Source: Candidatus Hydrogenedentota bacterium (lineage in GTDB: Bacteria > Hydrogenedentota > Hydrogenedentia > Hydrogenedentales > GCA-2746185). From it: DNA of 55,686 bases. Where the stretch lies: NCBI GenBank assembly GCA_046583315.1, contig JAYGCN010000261.1:1-55686 (forward strand), written 5' to 3'. The position numbers and the translations under genes were made by a program. The notes under the pieces are model-generated. The model saw only the letters and a program-made list of their open reading frames with translations. It was not told the DNA's origin and made no database searches. Numbering within the stretch: the stretch's first letter is position 1; every line of letters starts with the position of its first letter. This document shows, piece after piece, positions 47,509 through 55,686 of this stretch.

Positions 47509-48609
47509 TTATTCCGTAGTTGTGTCAAGTTGTTGCAGCAAGTTTAGCAGGAAATTCCGGTTGTCCGCAGATAGATAGCGTAAGGTGCCGCCCATGCGCG
47601 AAAAGGTCTTGTTGTACCGCAGATAGTAATCCGGATTATCCTCCGGCGGCTCACCCTGCGTCCAGTCCCAGTGCGACTTCGCCAAGTCGACCACGAGAAT
47701 ATGGTGATCCGTGATCGTGCGTTCCTCTTGCAAGGCAGCATTGCGCGCCATCGACAATGATTTTTCAAAGACCATCGGCGACATCACAGCCGAACCCACG
47801 GAGATGTAGACACCCCCTTCCAGGTGTGAAACGCTGTCCGCATACCGGAGGAAATCCCGTTCCGCTGTGCGACCGATCGCCGCGCCGTTATTCAATGGAT
47901 GCACATAGTGAATGTCATGCCCAAACATCGGATGTCCCGTGAACGGGATGCCGAGTCGATAGGCGGCCGATTGCAAGCCGAATTTTTTGAAGGGGTGGGG
48001 GATATCCATCAGCCCCGAGGGAATCGCATGGCTACGAAGCGCATTCAGCAAATCAGATGCCGCTCCCGCGCTATCAGAATCGGGATGTATGGCTACCTCA
48101 AGTTCTTCAAGGGAAGGAATATCCAGCGATTCGTTTTCAACCATGGAACCGATGGATTCGCCATAGCCCATGCCACGATACGCACCGACCAGCAGGGCCA
48201 GATTCAGGTAATATCCCGTTTCCTGCCACGTGCCGAATTCTCCTCGCACCATATTAGCTTTCACGTCCTCACTACTGGCTCCCTGAAAAGCAAATTCCCA
48301 GTCGTGAATAATGCCCGCGCCGTTCGTCGCGATGTGCGTAATCCAACCCGTTTCCAATAGGCGAATAATGACGGGGGAGAGGCCATTCTTGATGGTGTGC
48401 GCGCCGAATACGAGCATGCGCGCCGCGCCGGATGCTTTGGCCGACTGTAAACGCGCGACCGCCCCATCCAGGATCTCCTGATTCAATGAAGAGAGTGGCT
48501 CCGGCTCATCGGTCGGTTTCACATGAGCCGTTTCGATGTGAACCTTGTTCTCGCGTTCGGAGAGCGGCTTCAAGTGTACCGATTTGCGATCAAATTCTGA
48601 ATAGGGCAT
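47509..48609 (-). CDS. Uncharacterised protein, possible deoxyhypusine-synthase-like fold
   Basis: FGAHTIKNGL, HIATNGAGIIHDWE, GHDIHYVHP, SVGSAVMSPMVFEKSLS; 4 bp from gmhA. Confidence 0.7.
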   Translation of the reverse strand: MPYSEFDRKSVHLKPLSERENKVHIETAHVKPTDEPEPLSSLNQEILDGAVARLQSAKASGAARMLVFGAHTIKNGLSPVIIRLLETGWITHIATNGAGIIHDWEFAFQGASSEDVKANMVRGEFGTWQETGYYLNLALLVGAYRGMGYGESIGSMVENESLDIPSLEELEVAIHPDSDSAGAASDLLNALRSHAIPSGLMDIPHPFKKFGLQSAAYRLGIPFTGHPMFGHDIHYVHPLNNGAAIGRTAERDFLRYADSVSHLEGGVYISVGSAVMSPMVFEKSLSMARNAALQEERTITDHHILVVDLAKSHWDWTQGEPPEDNPDYYLRYNKTFSRMGGTLRYLSADNRNFLLNLLQQLDTTTE

Positions 48610-48681
48610 GGGGGAAGTCTTTCCTGTGGGTTGCACGCAATGATAGTGATTTACAGGAAACAACTGCAAGATTTTGTATCG

Positions 48682-49378
48682 TTATCCGGCAATTCGAAGA
48701 TACTCGTTCCCGCCTTTTTGGAACTCGTAATCTACTTTGATACGCTCCGTGGTGTGCCCGTCCTCTTGAAGAGCCGCTTCGACTGGAGCCACGTGCCGCG
48801 AGAATTCACCATTCAGATCAAGCAAAGGAAAGATTCGCAGGTCACGTCCAACCCGCACCATTTCACGCACGGCCGCGACGTGGAAGGCGTCGTTGAGTTG
48901 CTCGGTATAGGTGAACAGGGAATGCGGGCATAGCACCAGATCGAAGTGCCGGTTTTGGAAATCCAACTCGGGCAGCGCGCCCACCCTGTAACGACCTTGA
49001 CTCTTGCCCTCTTCAAAATCGTCCAGAAATCGATTCATGGCCGTCATGCGCACCGCGGTCAAGGTCTCAATATCGGGAATGTGATCCCAAATGTAGGCGT
49101 CCCGGTTCGCGCGCGTATTCTCGATGAGCAAATCCCGCGTCTGCTCGATGCGGCTCCAGATTCTTTCGGCACTGAATCGGTATAACCGGGTCCACGGAGG
49201 TTATCGGATGTCCGCCCGCAGTCATCTCGGCGTTGAAACTGGCAGGGCCATCGGCGCAGGAAAGAATACTACATTCCAAATCCGCGTCCGTCAGTGCGAA
49301 CATCGCCTGGTATTCGGCCAGTGATCGCCCCCAAGGCAGTACGTCGTTAATCTGAATCTCGTCTTGGCTCATACCCAT
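48682..49378 (-). pseudogene. SAM-dependent methyltransferase with +1 frameshift near 49187
   Basis: PWGRSLAEYQAMF, CADGPASFN, SVDP, then an extra G shifts frame into LYRFSAERI...FDLVLCPHSLFTY, RIFPL, YEFQKG. Confidence 0.8.
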
Positions 49379-49397
49379 GGGCAAAGTATGCGCATGT

Positions 49398-50246
49398 TCA
49401 GCGAAGTCGTTCGACGCGTTCCACCAATGTCTTTTGAATTGAGAATCGCCGCCGACCGGAGGTCAGGATATACTCATCGCCCAGCTCGGTCACGTGATGC
49501 GCCGGTTGGCTGCGTCCGCTCTTGAAATGCACCACGAAGGGCGCTTCTGCGGTCGGCTTGAATCGCTTATTGGGTCGATACGTGTGAGAATTCACTTGAA
49601 TGCGCTCACGCCCGCTGGCAAATAACAACGTGAGCTGCTTCACCCGATTTACATAAGCCTGAGTCTCGGGATACGGGGGAACGGAGCCGTATTTCTGGAC
49701 CGCGCCCGGTCCTGCGTTGTACGCGGCCAGGGCAAGATCGAGGTCGTCATCAAAAAGCTGAAGTAGTCGATACAAATATTGCGATCCACCCGCAATATTC
49801 TGCGTGGGATCATAGGGGTCACTCACGGACATTTCTTCGGCGGTAGCAGGCATGAGCTGCATCAAGCCCTGTGCGCCGGATTTCGAAACGGCAAAACGAT
49901 CAAAGTTGCTTTCCGCTTTGATGATGGCCGTCAAGAGGGACGGGTTCAAGCGATAATGCCGGGCATACCGTCGGATCACAGCACGATAATCAGCTTCCGT
50001 ATTGACGCTACCAGAAGCTCCGAAGTCGTATTGCCTCGGCGCGTAGATGGCTTTGTACTCGATTTTGACTTCCCGATACCGCTCGTCGCCCCGATACTCA
50101 TGAGGTTGGTTCGTCAATATCGGCACACCGCTAGCATCCACGAAATATGAATGATTGGCTTCGTCATTCGCATGGCAAATCGGTTGTAGTATGAGTCCCG
50201 CCAAGCCGACGGAGAACACCACTATCTGTCGAAGGAGATTACCCAT
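49398..50246 (-). CDS. Lytic transglycosylase (SLT domain)
   Basis: IIKAESNF, GAQGLMQLMP, LAAYNAG, ETQAYV; signal-like N-terminus. Confidence 0.92.
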   Translation of the reverse strand: MGNLLRQIVVFSVGLAGLILQPICHANDEANHSYFVDASGVPILTNQPHEYRGDERYREVKIEYKAIYAPRQYDFGASGSVNTEADYRAVIRRYARHYRLNPSLLTAIIKAESNFDRFAVSKSGAQGLMQLMPATAEEMSVSDPYDPTQNIAGGSQYLYRLLQLFDDDLDLALAAYNAGPGAVQKYGSVPPYPETQAYVNRVKQLTLLFASGRERIQVNSHTYRPNKRFKPTAEAPFVVHFKSGRSQPAHHVTELGDEYILTSGRRRFSIQKTLVERVERLR

Positions 50247-50302
50247 GTAGAAAGCATACCGCTTTTCGCGGTGATACGCCAACAGTTGTTCAAACAGGGG
50301 AT

Positions 50303-53300
50303 TTACCCGTTTGCAGCGTTCTTACGCGGATAGCGCCTCGGTTCTGGCCTGATATGCTCCTCGGTGTCAGAATTATGGCTTGGAAGGCCGATTCCAGCCG
50401 AGCACCAATAACTGCCCTCTCCAACAAGCAATTCGACCTGTTTACGGAGTTGCGGACTCGGCCCCACCATGCACGAACTGGTGGCGTGGACGATGAACTC
50501 AGTGTTTTTCGCGTCTTCATAGTGCAGGAAAACATTGCACGAGCCGGAATTTTCCCCCAATAGCTCGGCCAATTTCCGAACCACACCGTTTGCCGCTTCT
50601 TTTTGCGGCAGGCGAATGTGCACGGCTTTGGTCAATCGCTGTTCGATCCCTTCGATCGGGTATAACGCATCGGCGACCAGGCCCGCTTCTTTGTTGCGGT
50701 AATTGACGTGAGAATGAATCATGATCACCTCATCGACCTGTAAGAGTTCGTGATACTCCTCGTAGGTGTTCGTGAAAATTGTAATTTCGATGGGACCCTC
50801 AAGTGTATCGACCGTGACAAAGGCCATCTTCTTGCCCTTGGCTGTCATGTGAAATTTCACCTGGGAGAGCATACCGCCGACATTCACGATGCGGCCTTCC
50901 GAGAATTCACGCAGGTCGGTGAGGCCCGGTGTCGCGTACCGTCGCAGTGCGTCCATGTGTTTCTTGAGCGGATGACTGCTGATGTATAGCCCCAGCATTT
51001 CTTTTTCATTCTGCAGCACGATTGCTTCTTCCCATTCAGGAATATCCGGCTTCTCGGTCAGTGCCGAACCGCCGCCCGAATCCTCTTCCCCGCCCATCAA
51101 GTCCAACAACGAACTCTGTCCAGCTTCACGATCTTTCTGAGCGATCTGGGCTTCATCGAGGGCCGCCTCCAATACCGTGTCCACTTGTGCGCGTGACCAA
51201 TCGGTGTTTACGAAGGCCCCGGCCTTATTGAGGCTTTCGATGAGGCGACGATTTACTTGACGCGAGGCCAAGCGCGCACAAAAGTCATAGATATCGTTGA
51301 ATGGGCCGTTCTCGTTTCGCTCGCGAACGATTTCTTTGATGGGTTTGTCCCCAACATTTTTGATCGCTGCAAGGCCAAAGTTAATGTTGCCTTCCACCAC
51401 TGTGAAGTTTTTCACGCTCTTGTTGATGTCCGGCGGCAATACTTCGATGCCGAGTCGCTGACATTCGTCCACGTAGATAGCGACCTTGTCGAGGTTCCCG
51501 GATTCCGAAGTGAGCAATGCGGCCATGAATTCGGCCGTATAATTGGCCTTGAGGAATGCGGTCTGATACGCGACAAATGCGTAGGCCATGCTGTGCGATT
51601 TGTTAAAGCCGTAGCCTGCGAAAGTCTCTATTTTGTCGAAGAGCGATGCCGCAACTTTTTCTCCGATATCATTTTCATCACAGCCCTTTACAAATTTGGC
51701 ACGCTGCTCCGCCATGAGATCGACCTTTTTCTTACCCATTGCGCGGCGCAAAATGTCAGCTTGTCCCAGCGAGAATCCTGCCACCGCCTGTACAATCTGC
51801 ATGACCTGTTCCTGGTACACCGCGATACCGTAGGTCTCTGCCAGTATCGGTTCGAGCAGGGGATGTTCGTATTTGATATTGTTCGGTGCATACTTGCCGT
51901 CAATATACGCATCGATAAATTTCATCGGACCGGGGCGGTAGAGTGCGACCAGAGCGCATATCTCTTCAAGGCTCTGCAGGCCGATGCGTTTGGCCAGATC
52001 GCGCATGCCGGGACTTTCCAGCTGGAATACGCCGGTCGTTTTACCGGAGCGTAGGAGTTGGTAAGCATTTTCGTCATCGCATTCGATGTTGTCGATATCG
52101 ATATCGATGCCCTTGGATTCTTTTACAATGTGCACGGTATCGTGGACGACTGTAAGGGTACGCAGACCAAGGAAGTCCATCTTGAGCAGGCCGACTTCTT
52201 CGACCCAGCGCATTTCCACCTGCGTCGCAATGGCTTCGGTGCCTTTGGCTTGATAAAGTGCCACGAAATCAGTGAGTGGCTTGTCGCAGATGACCACTCC
52301 GGCCGCGTGCGTGCCACAATTGGAGATGGTGCCTTCCAGACGCAGGGCCAATCGCCATAGACGCGCGACTTGCGGATCATGATCGACGATTTGTTTGAGA
52401 TCAGGCTCTTTTTCATAGGCGGATTCAAGCGTTATTTTGAGTTCGTCGGGTATTAACTTGGCGATGTGATCGACTTCGGCGTAGGGCATACCGAGTACTC
52501 GCCCCACGTTGCGCACAACGTTTTTGGCAAGCATTCGTCCAAAGGTGATGATCTGGCTCACGTTTTCCGCGCCATACTTGTCATACGAATACTGAATCAT
52601 TTCCTCGCGGCGTCGGTAACAGAAATCGATATCGAAATCAGGCATCGACACGCGTTCGGGATTCAAGAATCGTTCGAAGAGCAGGTTGTAGCGCATGGGA
52701 TCGATGTTAGTGATGTTGAGCGCGTAGGCGACGATGCTGCCGGCACCCGAACCACGGCCGGGCCCCACCGGAATGCCTTTCCGACGCGCAAATTCAATCA
52801 AGTCCCATACGACGAGAAAGTAATCAACAAAACCCATTTTGTCGATGATGCCCAGTTCGAAGTCGGCCCGTTCAGAATACTTCTTGTCTCTTTCACCGCC
52901 GTAGCGAAACTCGAGACCTGCGTTCACGAGAGCGGTCAAGTATTGAAGTTTCTCTATTCCTTCGGGCGTAACATACTCGGGAATGAGGTGTTGCCCGAGA
53001 GGAATATCGACATGGCATCGGTCAGCGATCTTTTGGGTATTGGATAACGCTTCCGGGTGATCCGGGAAAACATCGCGCATTTCGTCGGGCGTTTTGAAAT
53101 ACACTTCGTCCGAAGGAAATTTGAAATGGTCTTCATCGTCGAGCATGCCATTGGTCTGAATGCATAGTAAGGCTTCGTGCGGTTCGGCGTCTTCCTTATT
53201 AATGTAGTGGCAATCGTTCGTGGCGATGAGCATCAGCCCGTGTTTTTCGGCCATATCTACGAGATATTCGTTGACCTTTTTCTGCTCCTCCATGCCGTGG

Positions 53301-53833
53301 TCCATCAATTCCACGAGGAAGTTGTCCTTGCCAAAGATGTCCACGTACCGCAGCAGGGCCTCATTGGCCTTGTCGATTTTATCTTCCATCAGCCACTGCG
53401 GCACTTCTCCGGCAAGACAGGAAGTCGTAGCGATCAGGCCTTCGCTATATTTGGCGAGCAGCTCCAGGTCAACGCGGGGTTTATAGTAAAACCCTTCGGT
53501 GAATCCGGCGGAACTGAGTTTGCAGAGATTGTGATAGCCCGTCAGGTTTTCGCAGATGGTCAAGAAGTGAAAATTGTTCTTGCCGGGACGATTGACTTTA
53601 TCAAAGCGACTTTCCGGAGCCAGATAGAGCTCACAGCCGATGATGGGTTTGATGCCCATTTCCTTGGCCATTTCCTGAAACTCTACCGCTCCGAACAAAA
53701 CGCCGTGGTCAGTGATCGCACAGGAGTCCATATCGAAATCCCGACATTTCTGCAGGATCTCTTTGATTTTGCACGCGCCATCCAGCACGCTGTATTCCGT
53801 ATGACAATGAAGATGTGCAAAATCCGCACTCAT
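50303..53833 (-). CDS. dnaE: DNA polymerase III alpha subunit
   Basis: HLHCHTEYSVLDG PHP domain, GRGSGAGS, MPDFDIDF, KMDFLGL, FNKSHS, OB fold. Confidence 0.98.
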   Translation of the reverse strand: MSADFAHLHCHTEYSVLDGACKIKEILQKCRDFDMDSCAITDHGVLFGAVEFQEMAKEMGIKPIIGCELYLAPESRFDKVNRPGKNNFHFLTICENLTGYHNLCKLSSAGFTEGFYYKPRVDLELLAKYSEGLIATTSCLAGEVPQWLMEDKIDKANEALLRYVDIFGKDNFLVELMDHGMEEQKKVNEYLVDMAEKHGLMLIATNDCHYINKEDAEPHEALLCIQTNGMLDDEDHFKFPSDEVYFKTPDEMRDVFPDHPEALSNTQKIADRCHVDIPLGQHLIPEYVTPEGIEKLQYLTALVNAGLEFRYGGERDKKYSERADFELGIIDKMGFVDYFLVVWDLIEFARRKGIPVGPGRGSGAGSIVAYALNITNIDPMRYNLLFERFLNPERVSMPDFDIDFCYRRREEMIQYSYDKYGAENVSQIITFGRMLAKNVVRNVGRVLGMPYAEVDHIAKLIPDELKITLESAYEKEPDLKQIVDHDPQVARLWRLALRLEGTISNCGTHAAGVVICDKPLTDFVALYQAKGTEAIATQVEMRWVEEVGLLKMDFLGLRTLTVVHDTVHIVKESKGIDIDIDNIECDDENAYQLLRSGKTTGVFQLESPGMRDLAKRIGLQSLEEICALVALYRPGPMKFIDAYIDGKYAPNNIKYEHPLLEPILAETYGIAVYQEQVMQIVQAVAGFSLGQADILRRAMGKKKVDLMAEQRAKFVKGCDENDIGEKVAASLFDKIETFAGYGFNKSHSMAYAFVAYQTAFLKANYTAEFMAALLTSESGNLDKVAIYVDECQRLGIEVLPPDINKSVKNFTVVEGNINFGLAAIKNVGDKPIKEIVRERNENGPFNDIYDFCARLASRQVNRRLIESLNKAGAFVNTDWSRAQVDTVLEAALDEAQIAQKDREAGQSSLLDLMGGEEDSGGGSALTEKPDIPEWEEAIVLQNEKEMLGLYISSHPLKKHMDALRRYATPGLTDLREFSEGRIVNVGGMLSQVKFHMTAKGKKMAFVTVDTLEGPIEITIFTNTYEEYHELLQVDEVIMIHSHVNYRNKEAGLVADALYPIEGIEQRLTKAVHIRLPQKEAANGVVRKLAELLGENSGSCNVFLHYEDAKNTEFIVHATSSCMVGPSPQLRKQVELLVGEGSYWCSAGIGLPSHNSDTEEHIRPEPRRYPRKNAANG

Positions 53834-54306
53834 TCAATCACCTCCAACAATAATTCAAGCGCGCGGTCGGCCGTCTGCCGTTTCACCGCATCGCGATCCC
53901 CCGAAAAATGTTTTACCTCTGCGCGGGTACCGGAAGGTGAAGTCACACCGAGCCATACCGTGCCGACTGGTTTGTCATCGCTTCCCCCGGTTGGTCCAGC
54001 GACCCCCGTCACCGAAACGGCGTAGGTCGCTTCGAATGCCTTCACTGCGCCGTCCGCCATTTGTTTAGCGACGGACTCGCTCACCGCACCCTGGGCATCG
54101 AGGACTGATGCCTCGACCCCGAGCAACTTCATTTTTGCATCGTTGCTGTACGACACAACACCACCGGCGAAATAAGCCGACGAGCCACTCACGTTCGTAA
54201 TGCGATGGGCTATCAACCCGCCGCAACACGACTCCGCAGTGGCCACAGTTACTTCACGGGATCGCAATCGATCCCCAAGTTTTTCCTCAAGTAACTTCTC
54301 AGCCAT
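53830..54306 (-). CDS. pncC: NMN deamidase / CinA C-terminal domain protein
   Basis: AESCCGG, GSSAYF, YSNDAK, GAVS, TGVAGPTGG..KPVGTV. Confidence 0.92.
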   Translation of the reverse strand: MAEKLLEEKLGDRLRSREVTVATAESCCGGLIAHRITNVSGSSAYFAGGVVSYSNDAKMKLLGVEASVLDAQGAVSESVAKQMADGAVKAFEATYAVSVTGVAGPTGGSDDKPVGTVWLGVTSPSGTRAEVKHFSGDRDAVKRQTADRALELLLEVIE

Positions 54307-54539
54307 AACACCCCCCGCAACAGATGCACCCTAGCATCCAACGAAGCATTTCTCAAGGGAATATTCACGCAAAAAGCGACATAAATGTAGCACGAAAGGT
54401 GTAACCTCTTATCCTCAAATACGATAGGGAAATTTGGGAAATTTCTACGAGGCATTCGACGCTAAATGTAGGGTCGAACAATTTAATGAGGACCCAAAAT
54501 CTGGACTTATCGACGAAGACAGCGACGTGCAGCGTGTGC

Positions 54540-54879
54540 TCAGGTCGACGGCTCAAACTTTATACCGTGCGTGTTGAGCCTTAGCAAATCTAATTTGCTG
54601 ACAAAGCCTAGAACGCATTTCTGTCCGCCCAGATCGTAGTAAAGGAATACTTTCGTTGAATCCGCCTCTCCCAGCATAACGTCGAAATGAGTAAAAACGT
54701 TCTCGTCGACCCAGTCGCCGTCGACCTTTCAGTCAACTCGGCGTTCTTCGCCCTGAAAACGAAAAGACAACCATGCCTCCTCATTTTCGATGTCAACATG
54801 GTCGCGAATGTCTTCTAATTTCAGCAAATCCTCTGCAAATTCCGCCATTTGCTCTACGATTCGTTGGTAGTTCGCACCT
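54540..54879 (-). pseudogene. Gene remnant with internal TGA (54729-54731), not in the ORF track
   Basis: Single frame GANYQRIVEQMAEF...IRDHVDIENEEAWLSFRFQGEERRVD*KVDGDWVDENVF...YYDLGGQKCVLG...KFEPST*. Confidence 0.6.
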
Positions 54880-54915
54880 TTTTACAGGCCAGGCTCTTTT
54901 GCCGATGAAACTTTT

Positions 54916-55347
54916 CTAATAGATAAGGAAGGAGAAGAGATCAGTTAGATCGTTTTTTTCCTTCTCGCCAATGTGAACACGAACCAGCTCTCGTTCGTTC
55001 CAGACATCGTAGATTGTCAGAGTTCTGCCTTTTTGCGGACCACGTAGTATTTCTACTATATCTCCTTCATGAAATGGTGCCCCACGGGATTGAAGAATGC
55101 CCCAGTAGACTGGATACCAGACTGGGCGCGTTACCGATACAGTCAACGCGATGCAACATACTGGAAGAACAATAACAAGTAGTGGTAGGGAGAGCGCGAA
55201 TCCAATTAGGTATAGCCATGGGATTTCTAACCAAAGTCCAAGTAGTGCGATAAGCACTCCAGCCCAGCAGATGGGTTGTTTATAAAGTCCGAGAAAGGAG
55301 TGGCCTAATCGCTTAATGGCAATATATATCGCCTCGGATTTTTGCAT
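54916..55347 (-). CDS. Hypothetical membrane protein with KOW-like C-terminal motif
   Basis: Hydrophobic N-half; PFHEGDIVEILRGPQKG; AT-richer than flanking core genes. Confidence 0.65.
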   Translation of the reverse strand: MQKSEAIYIAIKRLGHSFLGLYKQPICWAGVLIALLGLWLEIPWLYLIGFALSLPLLVIVLPVCCIALTVSVTRPVWYPVYWGILQSRGAPFHEGDIVEILRGPQKGRTLTIYDVWNERELVRVHIGEKEKNDLTDLFSFLIY

Positions 55348-55412
55348 CTACAGAATATGTGACTTTGGTCGCTGGTTTATCATGAATCCGCAACATTTTG
55401 GCTACTGTCTGC

Positions 55413-55441
55413 AGTATGTACTATCTCATGTTTTGTGTCAA
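55413..55441 (-). promoter_or_regulatory. Sigma70 promoter downstream of the tRNA-Gln terminator
   Basis: Minus strand TTGACA-17 bp-CATACT. Confidence 0.55.
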
Positions 55442-55465
55442 TACTGATTTTGGTGGCGAACTAAT

Positions 55466-55505
55466 AAAAAAAGCCCCTGAGATATCAGGGGCTTTGTTGT
55501 TTTTT
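55466..55505. terminator. Bidirectional intrinsic terminator after tRNA-Gln
   Basis: AAAGCCCCTGA-gata-TCAGGGGCTTT flanked by A-rich and T-rich tracts. Confidence 0.85.
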
Positions 55506-55506
55506 A

Positions 55507-55582
55507 TGGTTGCTGGCCCTGGAGTCGAACCAGGAGTCGTCTGAACCAGAATCAGGTGCCTTACCAATTTGGCCAGCCAGCA
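55507..55582 (-). tRNA. tRNA-Gln(CTG)
   Basis: TGCTGGC/GCCAGCA acceptor, anticodon loop TTCTGGT, GGTTCGACTCC T-arm, ACCA end. Confidence 0.95.
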
Positions 55583-55686
55583 TAAACGTGCCCATCATCA
55601 TACTGAAACATGCCCATAAAATTCAATAGAATCGTCCCGCATCTCTGACATTCGACACGCAAATCCCTTACGGCGCTACCCCGATC

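Noticed and set aside
50303..53833. Intein in dnaE
   Set aside because: Length is normal and the FNKSHS region is contiguous
1..55686. CRISPR array, IS/transposase, integrase or prophage genes
   Set aside because: None recognised in the sequence or the ORF track

Overview
Bacterial chromosomal window of moderate GC, mostly housekeeping; lineage cannot be fixed from sequence alone. In order: end of a flagellar cluster (flgE 3' end, flbD, PomAB-like stator, fliL, fliN, fliO, fliP); a convergent minus-strand run (PNP, dGTPase, YvyF-like, coaE, GH116 family, rimI, tsaB, HU/IHF); archaeal/actinobacterial-type valS and tRNA-Leu(CAA); a ~4.2-kb Ser/Thr kinase-TolB_N-TPR-beta-propeller gene broken by two in-frame stops; a serine hydrolase; hpf-hprK-rapZ, queG and trkAH; five uncharacterised genes (one GH15-like); a full MoxR/Bat (vWA/TPR) operon with a candidate sigma54 promoter, an inserted Zn-ribbon gene and glnD-degP at its end; gmhA with an uncharacterised DHS-fold-like partner; a frameshifted methyltransferase, a lytic transglycosylase, dnaE and pncC; and a small AT-richer islet of decayed genes next to tRNA-Gln(CTG). 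No CRISPR array, rRNA, transposase or integrase was seen. Best leads: the extended sigma54/Bat/GlnD/DegP locus, the uncharacterised 27.9-32.6 kb cluster, two glycosidase-fold proteins apparently missing catalytic residues, the chimeric kinase, and leaderless-mRNA signatures. Family assignments come from motif recognition, not database searches.
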